Shown here in pieces: positions 12,719 through 25,038 of a DNA stretch of 64,000 bases (position 1 is its first letter; each line of letters starts with the position of its first letter). Origin of the DNA: the human T2T-CHM13v2.0 reference genome, Homo sapiens. Made by a program: the position numbers and the translations under genes. Under the pieces are notes generated by a model, which was not told the DNA's origin, ran no database searches, and saw nothing but the letters and a program-made list of their open reading frames with translations. Location: assembly GCF_009914755.1 (NCBI RefSeq), contig NC_060940.1; one strand, given 5' to 3'.

Positions 12719-14011
12719 TTCCTTTTTTTTTTATTTTGGGAAGGGGAGCCCCATTTCTCATAAAGGGTTGCAGCCTGCAGGGTGGCCATTCTGATAGGCT
12801 GCGAAGCACAACCTCCAACCAGAAGCCAGAAACAGATACTTCAAGGGAGGGACAAGAGAAACAGGAATTAATGCTGAGTGGTGTGGCCGGATATACATAT
12901 TCAATACACCACAGGAGCAGTCATGAGTATTTATAGAAGGGGAAATGTGTGCATGCACAGTTGAGCTTCATGCCCTTTCATGGGTGCCATGTACTATAAA
13001 TGGCAGTGTTAGCACGATCCAAGGGTGGAGTTTTCGACCCTCCGACATCAAAAGGTGACAAAGAGGACATGAAAATTCTTACTATGTGTTCTCTGTAGAA
13101 TGGTCAGAACCATTCCATGGTCTCCTATCAGGCAAAAAAGGAGGGGCAGTGTCAGGCAGTTGGTTTATGTCAGTGGGGGTGGGGGGGCATCTTTTGAAAG
13201 GGCTGGTTTCTGTTCAGCCCTTAGGGAAGAACGGCTGATCTTAGCGAGGGAGGGGTTATAACAAGGTGTGTCTGACTCTCCAACCCCCGGACAGGGCTGA
13301 AACTCAGTTTTCAAGTTTTCTCTGGGGTCCCCTTGGCCAAGAAGGTGTCCATTCCATCAATGGAGGGGCTTAGTATTGTGTTTTTAGTTTACATTCTCCC
13401 CCTTTTGGCCAAGATCTTCCAGAAGCAACTGTAGGTCAGAGTGGTGGGAGAAATTGTAGGAAAAACGCAAACCTTCTTGGAATGCCAGGGGGTTTTGCAA
13501 AGCTTTGGGGGAGAATGAGCCAAAGGTGGCGGTTCTTACCCTGGGGCAAAGGGTGAGAAGTAGGTACAAAAGAAAACAGGGGAGTTTATCTGAATAGCTT
13601 GTTTACTCATGTCTCCAGAAACCTGGCCTTTAATCATCTGCCCGCAATTACCAACAAGTATGTTGACTCAAGGCCTTTGTCATTAAATCTACACTGAATT
13701 AATGCCCGCAGCTCCAGCTGGTCAGGGCTGTGGCTGCTGACTCTTTACAGCACCTTCCTCAAGGTCTGTGATCAGCCCAGTTCCCTAGCCCACTCTTTCA
13801 CTGGATACCTGTGTCTGAGTGCATTTGTTCATCCGTCATTTGGCCAGGGTCTGCGGGTCGGACCTGGCAAGCACCATCAATGGCCAAACTTTTATTTTGT
13901 CTTGTCCCAGGTCCATCTTATCCTTCTCTGGGACTCCTATTGCCAAAGGACTTAGAGCCAAAGACTTAAAGCCAATTTAAACATTCCAGGCCAGACAGGA
14001 ATGGAGGTGAG
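12719..14011 (-). mobile_element. L1-retrotransposed (processed) ERV1 MER4-group fragment: 3' internal sequence, PPT, U3-R of LTR (MER49/MER66-like), poly(A)
   Basis: LTR starts tgtaaactaaaaa at 13393 on the minus strand, preceded by PPT aaaagggggagaa; T tract at 12719-12737; 18-bp TSD cactgatcctgattttct at 12701-12718 and 14012-14029. Confidence 0.85.
13430..13869 (+). mobile_element. LTR22 solo LTR (HERV-K HML-5)
   Basis: tgtaggtcagagtggtgggagaaa...gcaaaccttcttggaa...gggtctgcgggtcggacctggca; TG..CA ends; 6-bp TSD agcaac/agcacc. Confidence 0.85.
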
Positions 14012-14614
14012 CACTGATCCTGATTTTCTGTGCTTGTCTTTGTTCAGTCCTCCCCACTCTCACTATGCCATTCGCTGGATTTGGTGGTCTCCTCCAAATT
14101 CCTCCTGAGGCTTTAAGCCTCAGGCTTCCATTATTAATTAATTAATTCATTCATTCATTCATTTGCTCATGCAATGAGAATGCATTGAGCACCTACCAGG
14201 CATCACGAACAGGGTAAGACCTCAGGCTTGGTGCCTCCTTTGACCTTAGTATCCTTCATTGCCCACTGTGGTCCCTGGCTTGGTGAGACCTCCCTGCCTT
14301 ACCTTGTCTCTTCCCATCTCTCTGGGGTCCCAGCCTGGCCATTTCTAGGCTCATATTATGCGGGAAGGGTGAGGAAGGATTTGGAAATATGTGCCTCATT
14401 TCAGTAAAGGCTCTGTGGTCAACTTCAGCTTTAGCACCTGGGAGTGAGTCCATGTGTGTCCCTCAGATGGGATGGATCAGTTTGGGTGAGGGGATGGGAG
14501 AGAAAAGATCTGCTATCTTGGGTGCTGATTAAGGCAGCTCAGTTTGGGGTGGCAGTGAAGGTGGTCCCAGGCACCTAAGTGGAGGTGAGGAGGATGCAGG
14601 TATAAGTGAAGCAT

Positions 14615-15031
<417 letters not shown>

Positions 15032-16449
15032 TTAACCCTACCCTCCATGCATCCATCGAGGCATGATGAGGGCCTCGCTGAGTCCCTAAAAGGGTCTATC
15101 TCCTATGCCTTGTCCTGCTTGAACCATCTCAGCCTTCAGAGCTAACATCATTATTTCAGTCCAGATTATGTTGGATTTAAATTTCTTCTTTATGTCAAAG
15201 CCCAAGGAAACAATCCCAACAAGCTGTCACTTAAATCAGAGGAGATTTATTACTTTTAACCAGGGAGAAGCTTGTTACCAATGGAGCAGCTTAGATGTCA
15301 TGAAGATGGGGGCTGGGCTTGCAGTGCCCTTGGCTGCCTGTCAGGGGCTCATCAGTCATCAACACCACTCATGCCTTTGAGGCACAGTCATCGAGGGTGA
15401 GACAGGCTTATGACCCTTGCCGTGGAGCCTTAGAAAGAGAACTCAGGGTCCTGTCCTCAGAGGGAGAAGGACTTTAGATCTATGCACTCTGGCCCCACAT
15501 GTCCTCTTGTTCCTTAGGATTTGTTTTCTCATTTCTGCAGAACTAGAAGACTCTCATTTAAAATGACCCTGGACGCTTATTCTGTGGTCAGTCCAAAGTG
15601 TGAGTGGGATGGAATTGTCCCTCCACAGGTAAGCCCTCGGGGAGGGCTGGCCAAGAGGGATGCTTGCTGGACCACAGGAAGATGAACAGGCTGGGATTGG
15701 CTGTTGCCCTTCACAGTGCTTGTGGATGGTACAAGCTGACATAGGGAATTAGAAGGCATGTGCCGTGCATAGAAGAAGGGGGGTCTTTGTTCTGTCTTTG
15801 AGTGAGAAAGACACCTCTCCAGTATCTCTTTAGGCTATGGACCAGGGATATTCCTGGCAAAGGCTGTGGTGGGCACAGCATCCAATCATTCAGAATGGCA
15901 GATGCCAAGTTTTAAAATGATGTCTGGTTGTGTTTGTGCTGAGTGTTAAAAACACAACTGGTAGAGAATGCAGGAAGTCTCTTGGCATCTGGGAGTATCT
16001 GGAAATAATCTCTGCCTCTCTGAGTTGTGGTCAGGACTCAGACTTAATAGATAGGAAAGTGTCCTGAAACTGTGAGGTGCCATGTAAATGTAGTCTTGCT
16101 ATTATACAGGAACAAGCGGGAGGAGGAGTTTAAACTGGGCCTTATCTCCTCTCACTAGGTAGGAAGGCCTCCTCCAAGGTCATGAATTCTCATCCAGGTC
16201 CTCATATGCCTGCAACTAAACTCACAGTTCTCTAAGGGTAGGGGCCATGCCTTTCACCCCATTTAAGCATTCCTCAGTGCTTAGTAAAACACAAGGAACA
16301 CAAGAGAGGCTCAATAAATACCTGTGGAATAAGCTCATCATCTGCAGAAGGAATGAACTGTGGAATTAAAACCACAATCTATTAAACAAAAAGGGCCATC
16401 CTTACAAATGTGCATGCCTTCAGGGATCCCACAAATAACCTACACAAGT

Positions 16450-16745
16450 GAGGTGGACTGGGTAGAGCAATAGGGAGTGGTGGCAACTGGGGGGAACTGG
16501 AGCACCCCAGTCTCTTCTCTTCAAGGCAGCTGCTTCTCTTCTTGTTTGTCACAAGGGAACATATACTCAATGATGCCAGATCTTCTGAGTATTTTTTTTA
16601 ATCCTGAAATATACATTTTAAAAATAATGACTCTCTCCATTTTTAAAATGTAGACAACTAAATCAAATATAAAAATAAGACAAGTATTGTGTAGAGCACT
16701 CAGCACACCTGCCAGCCAGGCTTGGTGTGAGGGCCATCCTACAGG
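16450..16745. mobile_element. MER102-like hAT DNA transposon relic
   Basis: Reverse-complement similarity to the element at 60307-60680 (gccagatctt...tttttaaaatgtagacaactaaatc). Confidence 0.5.
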
Positions 16746-18582
16746 GCCTCACGCTTCTCCCACTGCTCCTTTTCATGGATGGGGAGACCAAGGCCCAGGG
16801 ATGGAGAGCCACTTGCCAGAATGCAGAACTGGTGACAGCAGATAGTTGTGATGGGGAGGAGAGCAAGTGAGTGGTTGGGAGCATCCATGTGCCTTCTGGG
16901 AAGGTGAGATACCTTTCCTTCGCTCATGGGGGTCCCTGAATTTTGTTATTCAGCCCCCTCTAAGAAGGCTCTGGAAAGAGCAGCCAGGGCACCGGATCTC
17001 ACTGCCATGAGCGGTTGTCTTTGTGCACTAACAGAACTCATCATGGGGCTTACTCGCCAGGAGGGCCTTGGCACCAGCAGATGGAACAAGAGGAAAAGCA
17101 AGAGCTGTGATGCCACAAAGGAAAGGGGCTTCACCCCATTGCCTTGGACCCAGCGGTCTGGAAACAGCCCTGCAAGCCCGCTAACTCTGTGTAGACAGAT
17201 GAAGGAGGGACGGGGAGGAGGGACAAGGAAGCCCAGGAATGAGTGTAGCAACTGCCATGAGGTGGTCCCTCCCCAGTAGCCCCCTCCCCTCCATAGAGCA
17301 ATGGCTTGAAGCCCAGGAATCATTGGTTTGCCCACAAATCCAAATGGGATGACATGCACATCGTCTGATTGGCTGAGAATGGCTTGTTAATTAGGAAATC
17401 AAATCGGGGCTGCACACTCAAAGCTGTTTGTCGGTTTGTGGGAGTTTGTTTACTTTGCTTTATTGAGTGGGTGGCTCTTGCCATCATGATAATAGAGAGC
17501 TGATAAACAAAGAAAACACAGGAAATCATTTGGCCTTCAGCCCAAAATGAAGGCTGGAGGGAACCAGGGTTTCAGTGCTGGAGGAGGGGACAGCAGCTGT
17601 TCTAGCCTGTGCAGGGAAAGACTCATCTCTTTTTGGCCAGAACAGACCTCTGGGCCCAGGACGCCACCCCTGCTTCTCATCACAGCCCGAGTCCCTGCTG
17701 ATAATCAGGTGTGGATGTAGGCTCCAAGGGGAAGCTTGTCCAATTGTGGGATCCTCTTTAAGAAAAAAGAACACGAAATTAGATATGAAAGTGAATATTG
17801 ATTTAGAGCAAAAAAAAAAAGAAATAATGAAAAAAACAGTTTAAAAGCTGACTTAGATAGTGCTAGTGGCTTCCTGAAAGCTATACAGCACCACAGATGG
17901 GCACCACAAACATCAGAAAATCCAAAAAATAGCATGACGTTTGTATTCATTAACTGCTGACACACCTCTAAAATATTTTCCAAATTCTCTCTATGTATTG
18001 GCTTTATACTCTTTGATTGCCTCTTCCCATGACAATGATTATGTGTCTATAGGGAAATTAGAAAGATCCTTTTGCAGAAAAAAACTTCCATTTTGATGAG
18101 GCATCAGCAAAAGCCAGCTTCTTCATTTCCCATTGCACATGTCTGAGGATTAGGGGCACAAGCCACAGACTAGCTTCTAGGACCTACACTTTCTCACTCT
18201 TTTCTGGGGTCGAGTGCATTTGGGCCTGTTCATCTCATGATGTGACCTCTGGCCTTGTTTCTTCATGTCATGACACAAAGGGAGCGAGTAGAGATATTCC
18301 TGGAAGTCATGCCTACACCAGAACAGCTGGCAAAAGCTAAAGTCTCCATGAGATCAATTGAAAACTGTGTAAATATATCCCCTTATGTTCATGCTAGATG
18401 TAACTCTGACACAACCTCTTCCCAGTCAGATCCCCAAATGCCCACACTTTCCCAACATCGCCTGGCAGGAGCACATGGCCGGGGAAAGAAATAGCGGAGT
18501 CAGCTGATGTGGTTCAAATACCTTGCTTTTGCAGGTTGTACAAAAACATCTGAACATGTGAGCCCATTGCTAGTGCCTCTCC

Positions 18583-18930
18583 TGGGGCCCTGAAAAGGGT
18601 CAGTACATGTGAGGACCCTGGAAAGGGTCAGTGTGAATGAGGGTCCTGAAAAGGGTCAGTGCATGTGAGGGCCCTGGGAAGGGTCAGTGCGAGTGAGGGC
18701 CCTGGGAAGGGTCAGTGCTTGTGAGGGCCCTGGGAAGGGTCAGTGCGAGTGAGGGCCCTGGGAAGGGTCAGTGCGAGTGAGGGCCCTGGGAAGGGTCAGT
18801 GCGAGTGAGGGCCCTGGGAAGGGTCAGTGCGAGTGAGGGCCCTGGGAAGGGTCAGTGCGAGTGAGGGCCCTGGGAAGGGTCAGTGCTTGTGAGGGCCCTG
18901 GAAAGGATCAGTGTTAGTGAGGGCCCTGGG
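18583..18930. repeat. 28-bp minisatellite (VNTR), 12 full units plus one partial
   Basis: Unit gagggccctgggaagggtcagtgcgagt; exact 28-bp period from 18583 to 18919. Confidence 0.97.
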
Positions 18931-19309
18931 GCTTCATCAGCATCATGGTGACTTCCCTTCCATTAGCAAACAAGCTCTGCCAACTCTTTTGGTTCTCCTC
19001 TCCTCCACCTCAAAGCTTCTCAGGGTTGGCAGAGTGGAATTCCGATTCCCAGCCCTGGCACAGGCTGGCTGTGGAGCTTTCAGGAAGCCACTAGCCTTAT
19101 CTAAGCCACAACCACCCTACCTAGATGATGAGAAAACTCCAGTTGCGAAGAGAAGATGAGTTTTCTCCCTTCCATTGGATGCATCTTTTGCAAAGGGAAG
19201 AGCAGAATCAGGCTGAATAAGAAACAGCACCATTTTAGGAGCTGCAACTGACCTTTGAGATGACTTAGCTCAGTATTTCCCAAAGACTATTCTGTGGAAC
19301 ACTGGTCAG

Positions 19310-20170
19310 CTGTTCAGACAACAAAATGTATTGAACACCTGCTATATAGCAGACACTGGTCTAGGCCATACAATCATAGCAGTGAATAACAAGACAAGGC
19401 CTCTGCCCTCACCAAGGTTATATTTTAGTGAGGGGGTGGGGAAGGGAAGACCTTTGAAAAAAATAATACTGTTTCAGGTAAGGATAAATGGCTTGGAGAA
19501 GACAGTAAACCAAGGCTAGAATGGAGGTTGAGGCTGCTAAAGCAGGTCTGGGGTGGTGACATTTGAGTTGAGGCCTGGATCATGAGGGACAGCCGTGAGA
19601 AGCCCTACCAAAGGGGTGATCAGGTGGGACCCTGTCCACAGCAGTCCTTGCATGTTTGCAGGGCAGACAGAGGCCAGTTGTGCTGCAGCACAGAGGATAA
19701 TAGAGGATAAGAAGAGATGAGTTTGGTAAGGGAGCTGGAGCCAGCGTGCAGGGCCTTAATCCCAGGTAAGGAGTTGGGATTTTATTCAAATGGAGCTGAG
19801 AAGCCATTGGAGGGTTTCAAACAGGGGTATGATGTGATCTGTGGTGAATTTTCACAAGATTATTCTCACTGCAAGAAGAGTCTTTTATATGGATTTAAGA
19901 GCACAGCTGAGACCAGTTCAGAGACCATTGTGTCAGTCAAGAGAGATTAGGGTCGCCGCGCTAGGTTTATAGAGGTGAAGGTAGAGAAAAATGGTTGGAT
20001 TCAGGATGTATTTTGGAGGCAAAACCAACATGATTAATATTTGAACTGGCTGTGGAGTGCAAGAAAAATGAAGAATTCAAGGATGACGCCTAGGTTTTTA
20101 TTTTATTGGTCTGAAAAGCTGGGTCAATTTTGGTGCCATCTGAAGGTTGAGGAATGTTGAAGGTCAGGGT
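19310..20170 (-). mobile_element. L2 LINE relic
   Basis: tattgaacacct...ggagttgggattttattc...gaagccattggagggttt...caaggatgacgcctaggtttt. Confidence 0.75.
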
Positions 20171-20199
20171 TTCCATGTTGGAGCAGCTGATTTGGGAGG

Positions 20200-20610
20200 T
20201 ACACATTGCTGTGTAACAAATTACCCGAAAATGTAGTGACTTCAAACCACAATAATGATTGATTGTTCTAACAGCTTCTGTGTGTTAGGGATTTGGGGTG
20301 CTTGCTCAGGGTGTCTGATGAGGCTGCAGCCTTTTGAAAGCCTGATTGATGCTGGAGATCTGCTTCCAAGGCATCTGTCTCACATGGCTGGCAATTTGGT
20401 GGACATCTCAGTTCTTCCCTGGGCCCCTCCAGGGGGACTGAATGAGTGTGTTTATGACATGATGGCTGGCATCCCCAGAGGGAGCAAGGTGGAAGCTGCA
20501 AAGTTCTTTATGGCCTAGTCTTGCAAGTGACATGCAGTGACTTCTGCGATATCCCATTGGTCACACATGTCAGCCCTATTCAATGTACGAGGGGACCACA
20601 CAGGGGCCTG
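20200..20610 (-). mobile_element. MLT1 (F/G/H-like) LTR
   Basis: ttgctgtgtaacaaattacccgaaaa...ctcacatggctggcaa...cattggtcaca. Confidence 0.65.
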
Positions 20611-20985
20611 AGACATCCATGCCCTTTCTTTGCACATCTACTGACCTGTTTCAGCTGCAAGTGACAGAAAACACAGTTCAAGCCAGCTTAAAATGAAAAG
20701 AAATTTATTGGCTTACACAAAAGGGAAGTCCAATGGAGGAGAGATGCCCGTTTTGTGGAGCTCAGATGGTGTCGTCAGAACTCAGTATTTATTCTTTTCT
20801 TTTCTTGGCTCCCATTCTTACATGGGCCAACTCCTGAAGATGGTGAGGTGGCAGCAGTCTCGTTAGCTTCATAGTCTCACAATGCCAAGTCAAGCTGAGA
20901 AGACAGCCTTTCTTTCCCAAGAGTTTGAACAAAACGTCCCAGACCTAATGACCATTCCTACTGACTGACTTAAAAGCCAGGATGA

Positions 20986-21304
<319 letters not shown>

Positions 21305-21744
21305 TCATGGAGATAGGAAGTGGGGCCAGATCTCCCAAAACACATGGATCAAGAGAGAGACAGAGCTGTCTCTGTGTTCTGCAGACACTGTGGTGGGAGA
21401 AATCAAGTGCTCATCCATATGGAGCTCACAGTCTGGTGGGAGAACAGATACATGCATATATGAATAATTAACATACGGGTGAGAAGTGCCATGCGAAAGG
21501 GGCCAGAGTGTGCTTCAAGAGGACCTGAGAGAGGCACCTGATTCTGCTTTGGAGATGGCTCTCTGGGTGAGGTCACACCTGAACTGAGTCTAGTGGTGTA
21601 AGAAATCACTGCATGAGCAAAAGTCGAGTCAAGAAATAGCAGAGTGGGGGTGAGTGGAGGACTACAGCCAGTTCTCTGTTTTTAGAGGGTTACAGCAGAA
21701 GTGACAGAGAAATGATCTGGCCTGGGAAGCTAGGCTTGGATCAC

Positions 21745-22086
21745 TGCCAGGCTTGGGTCACCCCAAAATGCATGTGTTGGAAACTTAATCCCCAAAGCAA
21801 CAGTGTTGAGAGGCAGGGCCCAGTGGGAGGTGTTTAGATCATGCGGGCTCCACGCTCATGAATGGATTAATGCTGGTTATAAAATGGTTTGAGGCTGCAA
21901 GTTTGATCTCTTGCTCTTTCTTTGCCCTTCTGCCATGGGATAACACAACAAGAAGGCCCTTACCAGTTGCCAGCCCCTTGATCTTGAACTTCCCAGCCTT
22001 CAGAATTATGAACCAATACATTTATGTTAATTATAAATTACCCAATTTCAGGTTTCTGTTACAGCAGCACAAAACAGTCCAAGACA
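21745..22086 (+). mobile_element. MSTD-like MaLR LTR
   Basis: catgtgttggaaacttaatcccca...ctcatgaatggattaat...ttataaattaccca...caagaca. Confidence 0.75.
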
Positions 22087-24521
22087 ACAAAGTGCCTTGC
22101 ATGCCACAGTGAGGAATTTGGGCCTTTTCTTGGGATGCTGAGGAGCCTGTGGTTAGGCGGTGGACCACCCCATCAAGTTTACATTTTCAGTAAGTTCCTC
22201 TATCAAAGAGTAGAAGCAGATTAGCCAGGGCCAGGGCTGAACTTGGAGGTTGGCCAGTGAGAAACCGCCATGGTGATGGTTGAGGCAGGGGGTAGGTGGG
22301 TCTGAAGGCGAGCGGGCCCAGTGAAACGGATGAGAAGCTGTGAATTCGGAAGGCAAGGTGAGATCACCAGCCAGCACTGGTGATTGGCTGAAAGGGAAAA
22401 GAAAGACCCCTGGGTTCCTCGGGCTGGATAGTGGGTGAGGAGGGCAGAAGTGAATCCATTTCTTGGGAGCTGCAAGTCCAGCTATCTATGCCTGTCCCCA
22501 AAAAGCCCTGGCATGTGTCCCAAAGGGTCTTTACAAGGAAGTCCCCTGCAGTGCTCTCTGTGACTGAAAAAAATAAAAGTAGAATACAGCCTAAATGTCC
22601 TGTGATAGGGAATAATTAAATTAATTACGGTATATCCAGCTTGTAAAATAATATGCAGCAGTTTAAAAGGCTGATATTTACTTGAATAGGAAAAGAGTGA
22701 GTTGTCAAATGATATATTGACTATAAAGTCATTTAAGTAAACAAAACAGACAAACATGCATCTACATATCTATATGCGTGTGTTCACATGCACATGCCTT
22801 TAAAAAGATCTGGCCTCATGCAAACCAATCAATAATGGGGCTCCCCTCCAAGGAGGGGACTGGGGATGGGATGTGGTTCAGGGGGTCTTTAGCACTCTCT
22901 CTAATGTTTGGACATTTACAGTAAAATGGCTATTGAGTTTAGGGGCCTATAGTACCCCAAGTGGAGAAGTCCACCAGGCAGTTAGATATATAGTTCTAGG
23001 GCTTAGAGAAAATCCAGATTGGAGGCTTATTCAGTAGGTCCATGTTGCAAAATGCCATAGTTTCAGACTCTTTTAATCAAGACCGCTTTGGTTGCAAGAA
23101 ACAAAACCACTTAAGCTGCTGTACAGCAGAAAAGGGAAGATGCATTATGAGGACACAGATCTGAGACCCCCAGGCAAGTAGTTTCAGGGCCAGGTCTCAG
23201 CAACATCTAGAACCAGGAGCTGCAAATCCACCAGGGATCCAGGCCGTCGTCCTGTGATGTGTGCTCTCCTTCCGGTCTGGGGAGGGCTTGTTAAAGATCC
23301 TTCCCTGGCTCAAAGCAAGGGGTTAGCTTAGATGGGGCCTTTCCATCCCTCCCAGCCCCAGAATTCTAGAGGTTATAAACTATGTCCCTAAACCTCACAG
23401 CCTCCCCCTCCCCAGGGGGAGAAGACCCTCAGCCCCTCACCTGAAGCAACCAGGCCGCCACCTCCCTCCTGCCAGCCCTGATCACAGCAGTGTCTGTGCT
23501 GTCCCCTGGGGGTGCCACACAGCTTCCCCCGCTCCTACCTCCTCTGTGCTAATTGAGCCCTGGCTTGGTTGCATCTGCTTTGCTGGCAACTTCATAGAGA
23601 CTAAAGGGAGGCATCAAGGAAAAGGGGGGAAGCTGCTGGAGGCTTTCCTGTGACTCACTGCTAATAAAGTTGATTAGACTGACAAGTCTCTCTTGTCTTA
23701 TTCCTGACAGCTTGTGTCCTCATTTTGATTTTTCACCACCACCCCTACCTGAGTCAGGAGTGGAGATTAGCCCAAATTAAAGCTCTGGTGACTCAGGAGA
23801 GGTGAGACGTGACAGCAGAGGGGGCTGAGGGAGGGGGAAGGTGGGCAGCTGACGCCTCATGGGTGGGATGTGGACAGGCCCAGGCAGGCCTCCTGGAACC
23901 AGTGAGGGTGTCCCTAGGATTGGCTTTCCTTCTCTCCATCTAGGGAGCTGGGAGGATTGGACTGTTTTTTTATCTGGCCATAAAGGGAAGAAAGTCCATG
24001 AATAAAGCTTGTGGGTGTTTTATGTGGCTCTGCCAGTCTCAGGAGGATAATAAACCTTAATCAAGACCCATCTCTACAGACACCTGGGAACGTGAGAAAA
24101 ATTATCTCCAATATGAAGTTGTACATTCTGCCCTTGTCACCCTCTTTAAGAAGTACTGGAGCTGGGGCTGTAACCCAGCGGTTTCTAGGTGTAGGCTGGC
24201 CAGAGGTGCACAGGGCTGCTACATGTAAGCCCCTGGGGGTAGCATGGAGCCTTTCTGCAGACCCTCCATGAAGGCCTTCTTAAAGGTTCCTGGCTGCTTA
24301 CAATTCCCAGATTTATCACTTAGCTGCGAATGTTGGCAATTTGACCCCAGGCTTTCTGTTTCCCCCGGAGAATCTCAATACCAGAGACCTCTCAGATCGC
24401 TTCAAAGAGCACAGATAGTGTGTGCTCCATCACTGGAGGTAATCAAGCTGGTCTAGGCAAACACTTGGAGGAGACTTGAGTAATGACTCTGAGATTCTTT
24501 CCCAAGGGGGCCTCTGGGACA

Positions 24522-25006
24522 TGGTCATGAGTGGTGCAAGGTTAGAGACAACCAGGTCCATGCATGTTTTTGTCTTTCTGCAATGTCAGGTTTTTATTGA
24601 TGCTGCTTCAATCACAAAAGCCATAACCTCCTCTTCAGGACTTCTCGTTCACTCAGGAGTCAGAGCCCACAGGCACACAGGATCAAGCCATTCTTCAAGT
24701 CAGTCAATATTGCAAACCATATATAATAGTATGCTTAATATACACATGTTCTAGATTGAACATTCCACAGTAAACAAAATAGCATTTAACACGAAGAGGA
24801 AAAAGGAGAGTAAAGGTTAATGAGCCAGTCCAGGGAGAATGAAGAAAACAAAAGGAGTCCTTGTCTGGTACTTCTTCCATGGGTCTCTCTGTCTGGGAAG
24901 AAGAGTCCTGGATGTGGCAGAGCCTTCTGGCTGAGGCCAAGTTCTTATCACGAGTAACTGCAAGACAGTGCCAGTGAAGACGGCCATTTTGAGCTGCAGA
25001 AGGCCT

Positions 25007-25038
<32 letters not shown>

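Noticed and set aside
18583-18930. CRISPR-like 28-bp periodicity
   Set aside because: Head-to-tail tandem repeat with no unique spacers, in primate DNA
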